Source: Magallana gigas (taxonomy: Eukaryota). Taken from it: a stretch of 64,000 bases of DNA. The stretch is from positions 5,952,001 to 6,016,000 of the forward strand of contig NC_088862.1 of NCBI RefSeq assembly GCF_963853765.1, written 5' to 3'. A program made the translations under genes and the position numbers. The notes under the pieces were generated by a model. That model saw only the letters and a program-made list of their open reading frames with translations, was not told where the DNA came from and made no database searches. Positions 51,456 through 61,739 of this stretch are shown piece by piece. The stretch's first letter is position 1, and every line of letters starts with the position of its first letter.

Positions 51456-54247
51456 ATTGAAATTGCTGTGATGGGCGCTTCCATTAAACAGTGAGTGCCA
51501 GGCCTACTGTGCGGAGCATTATGGGTAGGCCGGAACCAGGCTAAGTGTGGTGTTCGTGGAACCATTTCTAGTACGAGCTACCTAGTAGCCATGACGTCAA
51601 AGGGCGGTAATCCGCTCGTGCAGATGATTCCAGAAGCTGACAGCTACATGTGAAGATGTATATGTGAGTTCGGGGCAACCCACGGTTATTATATAGATAG
51701 TGTTAGGTAGATAAACACCATATTGGCGCCCAACGTGGGGCCCTGAACTCACGGTATATATTAGACAGGAAAATTTTTTTCCCGCAAAGTGTCAAAGCTG
51801 TTTATTAGGCGTTTTCGTGTTTTTTTCATAGATATACGGGTGTAGCCGCCATTTTGGGGGCCCGCCACGTGCTTAATTCGTGAATTTACTTTCACCTTTG
51901 CATATTTTGTGCATAGTTTTTTCGTTTAAAGTTTTATTGCATTGTTGATAGGTATTGTTTTTTGCATTTAGCACATATTTCTGCATTTTCTCGCATAGTC
52001 TGTGTTGATTTTGACTTCGAACATTTTTGTGTATTGCACCATTCGCTCGTCATGAATGTTTCGTTTGAAGAGGCTTTGCAAGCCTTGGGGTTAGACGACA
52101 CTTTAACTCCCGATGAGGAGTTTGGGTATATTAGTGGCAGACATCATGGCCCAGATAATGTCGGTTTTAGAACTCCGGGTGATATGGGTTACTGTGCTCC
52201 GAGCACTGTTAGGGTAGGTCAGGCTGCCGGCCCATCCCGCTTTCAAGGGGGGCAGGCAGGCTATCCCCAGTGTGGGAGGGGGATTTGGCAGGGTACAGTA
52301 AGGGAGCCAGAGGTCACTGTGGCACACTCTGTTGTGCCTGGGCCAGCCAGTAGTATTCAGCCGGGGGTGTCCCCCGGGTCTTCGGTTAGATGCAGTTCAC
52401 CAGTTGGTTATAGGGAATTTGTCCCGCCCAGCGATTATGTAGGGGTCCCCATGTCACGTCGTTCCCATGTGGCCCTTACCCGTCAGTGTGACCCAACTGT
52501 TAGGGATGTTCCTGTCGACCGAGGGCCTGAGGATACCATTGGAGTCACCCCGCTGCATCCGCCTCATGTTCAAGGGGACCTGAGACCCCACCTGCTAGAC
52601 CTTGATTCCCCCATCACCCCGTCCCCCTCCAACCCCATGCCCGGCGGGCCTGTCAGGCCTGCATACCAGCCCACACCCCAGCCCTGTAGCTATTGCCCTA
52701 CTAGTTCCACCACCCATCCCCAGGACCCTGCTAATGTAAGCCAAGGGCAGCTTGTGGATTTGCCACATGCACCCCAGATTGTTGATTTTCAACCCCAAGC
52801 TTCACTTGCTCAGCCTACCCCTGACCCTGGAAATAGTAACTCAATGTCAGGTAGTAGGCCCCCTCATGGGGTGCCTCGCCATCCTCCCCCTGGGGGGGGG
52901 GAGTACCTTGCCACTAGGGTCCAGGAGTCCTTGGTCCATACCTCACAGGGATCCTTTGGTGTGCGCATGTGCACTGCTGTAACCCAGCCGGTTGCACCCA
53001 GCTGTTATTACCCCACACCCCAGCCCCGGGATGATCGGTATTTAACTGCGCAGGGGGGGCCAATGTCAGGACGCCACCAGTATTTTACAGGTTATGCGGT
53101 CCCAACACCTGTGGCCTCCACCCAGCCCAACAATCCTGGGGGGAGAGGGAGGTAGAATAGCGCAAGTCCAGCCACAGCATCATGAGCCCTTGTCTGGGGA
53201 ACCCCATCCCCTGGGTGACCATACATATGTCCCAGTACCCCATGAATATGAGCCCCCGGCTAGGGATGTACCTCCCCATGCAAGTCACGCGCGGACTCCC
53301 GCTGCGTCTTGCAGTCCCCCTGAGTACGCGCGGATCTCCGCAGCGTCTCACCATCCCCATGAACATGTGCGGTTATCCGCAGCGCGCCCTCATCCCAATG
53401 CAAGTTACGCGCGGACTCCCGCTGCGTCTTGCAGTCCCCATGGATACGCGCGGTTATCCGCAACGTATCACGCACCCCCGGAGTACGCGCGGTCATCCGT
53501 AGTGTCTCGTGGGGTCCCCGAGTTTTCGCAGACGCCCGTCGCGACCTATGGCTCACCTGGAGATGTGCAGCTGCATGCGATGCAGTACAATCCTCAAGAC
53601 TATACCGCAGTGCCAGCCAGTTCCAGCCACCCGACCGTCCGGAATAGACCTAGATATAAGGATCTCCGCTATGATGGCAAGTCCAACTGGAAAGCCTTCC
53701 TCCATAAGTTTGTTCGCTTCTCGCGCAGCCAACAGTGGAATGAGACCGAGCAACACGATCAATTCTGTTTCTTCCTGGAGGGCCCGGCCAGTGAGTATTA
53801 CACCTTGATGCTAGAGACTACCCCCCGCCTGAGGTTCAGCGAAATACTCCGGAAGTTCGACAAGCGCTTTGGCTCATCGGCACCAGACCTCACTCATCAA
53901 CTTAATTTCCAATCAGCGACCCAGAATAGTGGTGAGTCCCTGCGACAGTGGTCTGACAGAGTGCTCACTTTGGCTACTCGTGCATTCCCCCAGCTACCAG
54001 ATGTTCATACCCAGGCTATACCGCGTCTGTGTTATGGAGCTGAGGACCGGGAGGCGGGTTTGTACGCTTTGGATGGCCAACCCAAGACTGTGGAGGAAGC
54101 TGTCGACCGCATGCAGTACTTCCAGCATTCGCGTCAGAGCAGACCCCCCAAGCCTAAGCGGGAGGCGGTTAGGGCCATGGCGGATAAGGACAAGGTAGCT
54201 GAAGATAAGGTAGCTGAAGATAGCCAGAAGGATGGTGAAGGGGAGAA
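50959..54247. repeat. Right arm of the 3.3-kb inverted repeat (Academ TIR + third LTR copy + PBS + truncated gag)
   Basis: Duplicated ORFs in the track (51962-53155 vs 41700-42893; 53094 onward vs 41761 downward). Identity stops at 54247, 53 bp before the ISL2EU right end. Confidence 0.96.
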
Positions 54248-54774
54248 GGTGCGTAAAATAAAAACCAATACGGTAAAACAGAGCATCCCGGAAAACGGCT
54301 ATTCATTCCCTGCTCGTGACAGGTGTGTGTCGTCGTGTCTAAATGATTGCGTAAACTTTGCTAACATGTTTCAGTGTGAAATAACAGCCCCTCCCAAATC
54401 TAATACAATCGATAGCGTGGCCTGGTTTTGTGAGGAACAGACTGCTGGGAGAGATGAAATTGGGCGAGTGATGGACCTCGGGTGTCAAATGTCTTGCCCT
54501 TTCTGGGTTTAAGACCTTTGATTGATTTGGATACAAGAAAAGACTTAGTAGTGTCGTGCTGTGCCTAGTTTATGATTGAATGAAAAAGCACATAAATAGA
54601 GTTCCACTGTCTTAGCCGAGTATTTCTGAATGGACAGGTATGCAATGAATGTGAGTAATGTGTCAGAAGGTATGGGCAAGATGTCTGTGAGGTTATAGAG
54701 ATCAAGGAAAATGTGATTTTTTTTGTAAGCTGTACTGTAGGCTAGTTTGGAGTTATGTGACAGTGATGTGTAAA

Positions 54775-55620
54775 TTAATCGCAGTTGATTGCTGCGTGGG
54801 TTCCGTCACAATACTTGCAGCTGTGTTTAAACCTGCAATGTGGGTAAAAACGACATTGTTTACCGCTGTTGTATAAGTTGCAGAAGTAGTTATTGCATAT
54901 TGTATTTGGTCGACGTTGATATTTGATGAGAGAGGTGTATGGATTTTGAGGCTGGTCAGAATTTAAAGGTGACTTGTCGTTACCGACAAACAGCAGCCAC
55001 AATTTGGTGTTGATTTGACCCCATGAGGTGTGGGGGTCTGACGCTTTCCTCAGTCTAAATTGTTCATCGTACTTGTACCAACCAGTGGATTTAGATGCCG
55101 AATGCGGATATCCCGCATATATTTCAACAGTTTCTGTTCTCTTGTACGATATTTCTCCAGCATAACGCTGGAAAAAATAATAAAAGCAGTTGTCCATTTT
55201 TCAATAGAGAGGAGCAAGTTGGTATTTTGCTTTACCAGGCACATTTTACCTTCCCTGATTTGCAGTTCCCCTTTTGATTCAATTTCATTAGCGAGTTCTA
55301 TTGTGAACTTGAGGAGGAGTGCCAAATCAATGAAATTCCCCTCCCAAAACTTTTGCTTAAGTTTAGGGGGGATATGGCCGCCAAGTGGGTCAAAAATAGT
55401 TAGTTTGAACAGGTTGGTAATCATTTATATCAAATAGATTAAAATTGGATTCCTCCACAACTGAGGGGATGTTAAAAGACTCACTGGCTTGCTGTGGTGG
55501 TTGCAGTCCCTTTTCTATATGTGTGGACATAATGGAAGCAGGCACATTGACAGTGTCTGAGGACGTTGGTGCTTCATTGGGTTCGAATGTCTGAGTCCTT
55601 CGCCTCCCTCGTCCCCTGGC
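54775..55620 (-). pseudogene. DIRS/Ngaro-like (tyrosine-recombinase retrotransposon) gag remnant
   Basis: IPPKLKQKFWEGNFIDLALLL...LSIEKWTTAF...LKYMRDIR / GWYKYDEQFRL...LW...C-rich CRFKHSCKYC..H tail; one frameshift; no RT or recombinase seen. Confidence 0.65.
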
Positions 55621-56357
55621 TGGTGCCAGTTTTTTTTATAAATCATATTTTATAGAATATATGTATTGAATATATGTATTTCATATCATATTTTTAAAGC
55701 AATCCTTGGGTTTTTTCCTTTTTTTAATTTTCTCTTGATATTATTAAACGACAAAAATTAAAACTTTTTCTATTCAATATAATTGTTTTGGAAATAAAAA
55801 TGTTGTTTATACAACTCTATTTACATGTACATCATCAACTATCATCATTGAATAAATTTGCGACCCTTCTCGGAAGCAATCTAATAACTGCGCATGCGTG
55901 CACAGCAAACTTCCCATCTGACTTAGTTTCAGAATGCAGCAAAAGACATATCAATGAGAATTTTAATAAAGAATAATGTAAGAAATAGGTGAAAAATCAT
56001 TAGATATGTGTAAAATTGAAGATATTTTACTGTTAAATTAGATCAAAAGTTTATGAATAGTATTACTTGACGCGGATATGTGGTCATCCGTGAGTCATAT
56101 TCTTTTGAAGTGAAAATCTTTGTTATATTCTTACAATTTAAGAGAAAGAGTTTTCTTACACTTATCAATAACTAATTATTATTCAAAAAATTTTTTTTTT
56201 CAAAATTGATATTCACTCTGCCCGCACACTTCATTAAACAGTTGTTGTTGGGGTTTTTTTTTAATATAGAATAACACAAATGGTGTGAAAGATAAACTTT
56301 ATTTCTGTCTATTTGTCAGTGATCAAATAATGGGTGCATTTTGGATTATTGCTCATA

Positions 56358-57786
56358 TCAATATCGACAGCACTGTCTGTTGTTTCCACCACCACAGAGA
56401 TTGGCTCCATCATAACCCCCTATACAGGTACTCAGGAGCCCACCAATATTCTGGCATCTCCCATACCGATACTTTTGTTCGCAGAGACGGTCAGCACCTA
56501 AAGCAAGTTGTAAACGTAGCTGTATATATTGTTGATGTATGAAATACCCATCTTAAAAAACCCCAATTTCCTCTGTCCGCAAATGTTGCTGAAGTGTTAG
56601 TGATATGTTTTTAGAAAATTCCCAATCTGAAAATTATAACAACGTGTATGTTTCGATGGCTTAATACAATATATGCACTGTTTTTTTTAATGTCCGCCAA
56701 ATTAAAGTGTTGCTATGTAGTCTCGTTCAACCTGAAGCTCGTTCCCGTAAATCTCTGACGAGCACAGATTTACGGAGACAACTGAGCGTCTGGTTGAACG
56801 AGACAAGTGTCGTTTCATGTAAAAAAAAATTTACTTTAAAATAGATTCATTGGCTATGATATAAATTTTAGAATGCAAGTATAATCGTTTTAAATTCTAA
56901 TAGAAGTGCGAGTTCCTATGTATGTTTATCGATTTCTTAATTTTTTAACTCCTCAAAATACGTGTAATTCGATTAATAACACCAATGCAATTTTATTTGC
57001 AAAACAACTTTTAATCTTTAAAAAATGTCATCAAATATAATAATTTCGTTTCAACGTTACACGTCATTAATGCGACTAATAATTTTTTTTACGCATAAAA
57101 GCCAAAACTTGCCATTCTTTTCAACATATTCAATTTTATGCTGCTACCTGGTATAATTTCGTTAACAGGGTTTCGTAAACCCTTTTTAATCCTTCTGTAA
57201 CGTCAACATGCCTCCGAGCTACCTTAAATGTTGTATTTAAAGTCATTTAAGCAAAAACAAATTGACGAACTTAATTTGTAAAATCATCTACACTGAACGT
57301 ACTCAAATATTTTCCCGTGATAGCGTGAGTGTTTATATAATTTCTTCCTACCTATTACACAGCACTGTCTGTTGTTAGGGCCCCCACAGAGTGGCGCGCT
57401 ATTATATCGCCTGCAGGGCTCACTCGTCCACTGGCATCGTCCATTTAGTCTCCAGCATGGAGAATCGTCAGCTAAAACAAAACAAAATATAATTAATTGT
57501 TTAAACAATGCATTTTACTTCTTACCACATTATATATCAAATAAAATGGTTTTGTGTCTAAATATTAGTAAACTAGAATGTTATATTGTGGACCATATAT
57601 TAAATTTTTCAGATGTATGACCGTTATAAAATATATCTTTAAAACAAAAATAAAAGCCCATAAAATTACCATAAAACAGAAAAAAGTTAAAAATTAAGTA
57701 CATTATATAATACTACCATCGACAACGTTCCCATTGAATACAAATAATGCAGAGAAAAAAAATAATAGAATCATATAGTTATTCAT
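56358..57786 (-). CDS. Secreted double beta-defensin-like peptide B
   Basis: Exons 57786-57717, 57471-57352 and 56497-56358, with phase-1 introns. Product: MNNYMILLFFFSALFVFNGNVVDADDSPCWRLNGRCQWTSEPCRRYNSAPLCGGPNNRQCCVIGADRLCEQKYRYGRCQNIGGLLSTCIGGYDGANLCGGGNNRQCCRY. Confidence 0.88.
56718..56806. mobile_element. 89-bp palindromic MITE with TAG-type terminus in defensin-like B intron 2
   Basis: TAGTCTCGTTCAACC ... GGTTGAACGAGACAA plus an inner stem CCGTAAATCT/AGATTTACGG. Confidence 0.65.
56840..57223. mobile_element. Decayed TTAA-flanked MITE in defensin-like B intron 2
   Basis: Ends in GAGCTACC-TTAA like the 17628-18173 element; the left end is degenerate. Confidence 0.4.
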
Positions 57787-58951
57787 TGTCTCCAATCTCT
57801 GTTGTAAATAAAGCAAGCAACGACAGTATCTCATTTATATATTTTTTAAATTACACGTGTTGTGAAACAGATGTTATAAGTGCAATTACTTAAATGCAAT
57901 TGTCTCAAATATCACCAGCTATACAGAATTACTGAGAACTTGAAAAGGGATGGATTGAAAAAAAAACACGCCAAACGTTTGCACTGAGGAGATTTTACTA
58001 GTTGAGCTAAAAATGAAACAAAGAACGACTCCAATATAAAAGATATCAGTTCTTCGGCAATGGGTTCTATTTATGTAGAAGTTGACAACGTGTTTACAAT
58101 GTTGTCAAACGGAGATATGAAGTAAATGCTAAAATCGAATAATCTCGGATAGACAAATTTAATCAAGAAGATAAAAGGAAATCAATGGAAAATTTACCCC
58201 AAAACATAAGATTATTTTAAGCTCACCAATGTAAAGCAACGATCAATTCTTTAAACTTTGATAAAATCCCTCTGTTTTATTTATAGATATCATATAATTT
58301 TGACAAAATACATCGTTAGTGAAAGAAAGGTGTACTAATTCGACTTTTACACCGATACATTGACTAATCTTTGAAAACTGTGTAAACAGTGCATATGCAT
58401 TAAAAAATCAATAGGCTGTAAATGCTTGTTTTCTACAAAATTAGTTCGATTTGCAAAGATATGGTGCAACATACATGTACGCATATATTAGAATAGGTTG
58501 AATATTAAAAAGTATAAAAAAAAAATTGACAGTATAAAGAAAAGACGCTTGCCTTTTTGGTTAAAGAATCTAAATATATATATTATCTATGATTCTACAG
58601 TACCTGCAACGTTATTTTTTTAAAAAATAAAAGATAGAAGAGGATTCACGTACGATGGAATAGGTATAACGCAAGAGTATACATGCACGATACGATACGA
58701 TTGATATACGATAGAAAATGATAAACAATTTTCTGGACAAACGTATAAACACGTTTAAGGATCTTAATGATTATATGTAACCAAATATTGGCTTAATTTG
58801 ATAATTATAAACAAAACGAAACAAAATATATTGAGAAAATTTTGTTTATTAACAAATGTCGAAATTGAAAATCTGTTCTAGTAATTTATATAAAAAAAAC
58901 CCCACAAAAACAGTTAAAAGAAAATGAACTCAAAATATGAGCTAAAATATA

Positions 58952-59616
58952 TCGTGTCCCAGTAGGGCCATTTGCATAAGTGTAATAGCGAGTAAGGAAT
59001 AACCTGCAATCACAAAGTGACAATGCCCTAGAGAAAAATGACATTACGCTAGCGTAATTTAAACAATGCGCTAACGCAATGGGAGGAACAACGCGCTAGC
59101 GCAAAGTAACAATGCACTAGTGCATTTAGAACATTGCGCTAGCGCGATGTTAGGATCAATGCACTAGTGCGAATTGTCAACGCACTAGCACAAAGTGAAA
59201 ACACGCTAGCGCGTTTATAAAAACGAGCAGATGCGAAACTTTCAACACGCCGTCAAGCTAACACACAACACGCCGTCACACTGATCCAAAGTTGTGTGTT
59301 AGTGCAAGACATATTGAGTAAAGACGTGTTGGCGCAAAGTCGTGTTGTGAAAAACGCGCAAGTGCGTTGTAATAAACCAGCTAGCGTGCTGAACACTTTC
59401 CACTAGTGCATTGTTCCTAATATCAAGTTAGCGCGATGTTAAAAACGCGCCAGAGCGTTGTTATAAATGCGCTAGCGCATTTTTACTTTGAGCTAGGCAG
59501 CGCATTGTTACTTCGCATTAGCGTGTTGTTTCTAACGTTGTGTTTGTCATAAATGCGATAGCGCGTTGTTCCTAACGCACTGTTACATTTTTGCAAATGG
59601 CCCTTTAGGGACACCA
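58952..59616. mobile_element. Foldback-type MITE with TA flanks and many GCGCTAGCGC-like subrepeats
   Basis: GTGTCCC.GTAGGGCCATTTGCA vs reverse complement GTGTCCCTAAAGGGCCATTTGCA; the two halves are roughly inverted. Confidence 0.7.
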
Positions 59617-61029
59617 TAAAAGCATGATCCATAAATTATCTAAATTATTAATATTGCCTTCACTACCAAACAGCCCAGCCATATGCCGAAGAGCTCAGCC
59701 CAAGATTAGATCACACGGAAAATCATAAGTGGGTACAATTAAAATCAGTTCTTGTTCCGAATAAATTTAAAGGTAAATCTGTCATAAATGTTACTTTTTT
59801 GTAAAAATAATGCATGATATAAATATTTAGTAGGTCAAATTAATGTTTAATTTACGCAGTCAGACCCTTCCGCGTACGATTTATTATATATCCAATATAC
59901 AGATAAATATTTTACATTCACAAACCCGGGTACCTTGTTCTTAAAATTTCGTTTGTACACATTACTCTTTCATTTCTATCACTTATAGAGATGATAACTC
60001 TTTTGTAATTTTGTTTCTAAATACCCTTGGTCTAAAAGAACTTGAATGCATATGGCTTAATATTGTTTGTTGGATGGAATGTTGATAGAAATGTACCTTA
60101 TTTGTTAAATTAAATATCGTTTACATGGAACGAAACGATCTTACATTTGAGATAAAGTTACTTGCTTATGTAAGGGCACGATACATTTAAAAAGAAAAAA
60201 AAACTCCCGGAAAACTTATAAATAGAACGATAAACCTTAAAGGATTAACGCATGATAGGATAGAATTAACGCAAGATAGAACAGGATACACGCACGATAC
60301 GATAGGATTGATACACAATACACTAGGATAGAATTATGACAACAATTAATTGTGGGTACTGTATCTACATTTATTAAACATGAACAAGGAGGCTTTTTTG
60401 TAAAAACCTTTGCTTTCTTGGATTTTTTTTATGTTTTTTTTTTTGGTAAATATACTTCATATACTAGTTTTTATATATAAAAGTCCAGATAACATAATTT
60501 TGATATGATTAAACACCTTAAATAAAAAAAAAAGATATTTTCTTAAAAGTCATTCTTCTTTCTCTTAAATAAGAACCACTTTAATTATCTTAATTATTCC
60601 GAAATTGGTCAGAATTGAAAAAAAAGCAATGCGATGACAGAAAATGTGACTGTCTTCTTAATGTATATATCTGTTAATCAAAGAGGTACTTTAACTCATT
60701 TTCCATTCTTCATTTGTTAGAAATGAAAAACACAACAAAATTGTTTCATTCAAAAGGATTACACGTTCAAATAAAAAACAAAGAACGCTTAGATTTTTTT
60801 GTTGTATTCCACAAAGCAAAGGCTAAATCGGTTTATCACATTTAATTTCTGTAAAACTGTGCATAATTTGAAGTATCCGTAATCATTGTACGTTTATTGA
60901 GAAACCAAAGAATGCATGGAACAGATGGATATGCTAATCTCATACAATGGCATCAGATGTGTTAACGATTTACTATAGCAGTTAACAAGAACCAGAGTCT
61001 ACACTTCAGTCATCATAAACTGTTTTCGA

Positions 61030-61739
61030 ATGTCATGCAGTTTGTGTTACTATCGCCGTTATATTGATTAGCTCAGTTTGTTTTGTTCAAGGTAATGACA
61101 TGCCTTTTTTAACTTTTGGTTGAAAAAAATCGATAATCTTACAAAATGTGATTATTCAGTTTATTTTAAATATATAATATGGAAGACGTATCTATGTTAA
61201 GATAACTATAAAAGTTAGAGTTTTTGTGCATGTTAATTTTTTTGTTTGAATGTAGCAAACATATTTGATGTGTTCAGAATATCAAGGCCAATTAAACCAA
61301 GTAGAATTGAAGGCTCAATAAAATAACTCACTGAAATAATTTAAAAAAAAAATGTGGTTTAAATGATTATTTTTAAATTGCAGGAGGTGACTCTGCGTGT
61401 GTGGCAGTAGGTGGAAGATGTCAGTATACCTCGGAGTCTTGTTTCTCGTACAGAACTGGATTGTGTGCTGGTCCTACCAATCCAAATTGATGCGTTAGTA
61501 TTGAGTTTTGCTACAAATGTAACTCACCAACAGATTAAAAAGTCATTGTAGGAAAAAATATACAGCGGTAATTGAACAGAAGCAAAACTATGCTATCTAT
61601 ATAATGAAACCGGTTTTTTTTCTTTGAAGGAACGGATGTGCATTGCTTGAGAATAGGTGGAACATGTAAAAACATCTGGAACTTGTGAAGCTTTATCAAA
61701 GGACTAGGAGGGGGACTCTCAAGGCAATGTTTTGCTTAA
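61030..61739 (+). pseudogene. Pseudogene of the double beta-defensin-like family (closest to gene A)
   Basis: Exon remnants 61030-61091 (frameshifted signal peptide ..IAVILISSVCFVQG), 61384-61500 (117 nt like gene A exon 2; TGA replaces Cys5; donor GT is TT) and 61630-61739 (in-frame TGA, lost cysteines). Confidence 0.88.

Larger units (their letters stand above)
43311..51543. mobile_element. AcademH DNA transposon (transposase + RecQ-like helicase) with 585-bp TIRs
   Basis: TAG...CTA termini; TIRs at 43311-43895 and 50959-51543; convergent Academ-type transposase and superfamily-2 helicase genes. No direct TSD, because the flanks are inverted copies of each other. Confidence 0.88.
28243..54300. 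mobile_element. ISL2EU-type DNA transposon (PIF/Harbinger-related), inflated to 26 kb by nested insertions
   Basis: TIRs AGCCGATTTCCGAGAT (28243-28258) and the reverse complement of ATCCCGGAAAACGGCT (54285-54300) match at 14/16. AT flanks both ends (28241-28242, 54301-54302). Convergent YqaJ and THAP-DDE genes are the known ISL2EU layout. Confidence 0.85.

Noticed and set aside
54248-54512. Novel C-terminal extension of the duplicated gag ORF (53094-54512)
   Set aside because: Chance read-through across the rearrangement junction into the ISL2EU end and flanking DNA.
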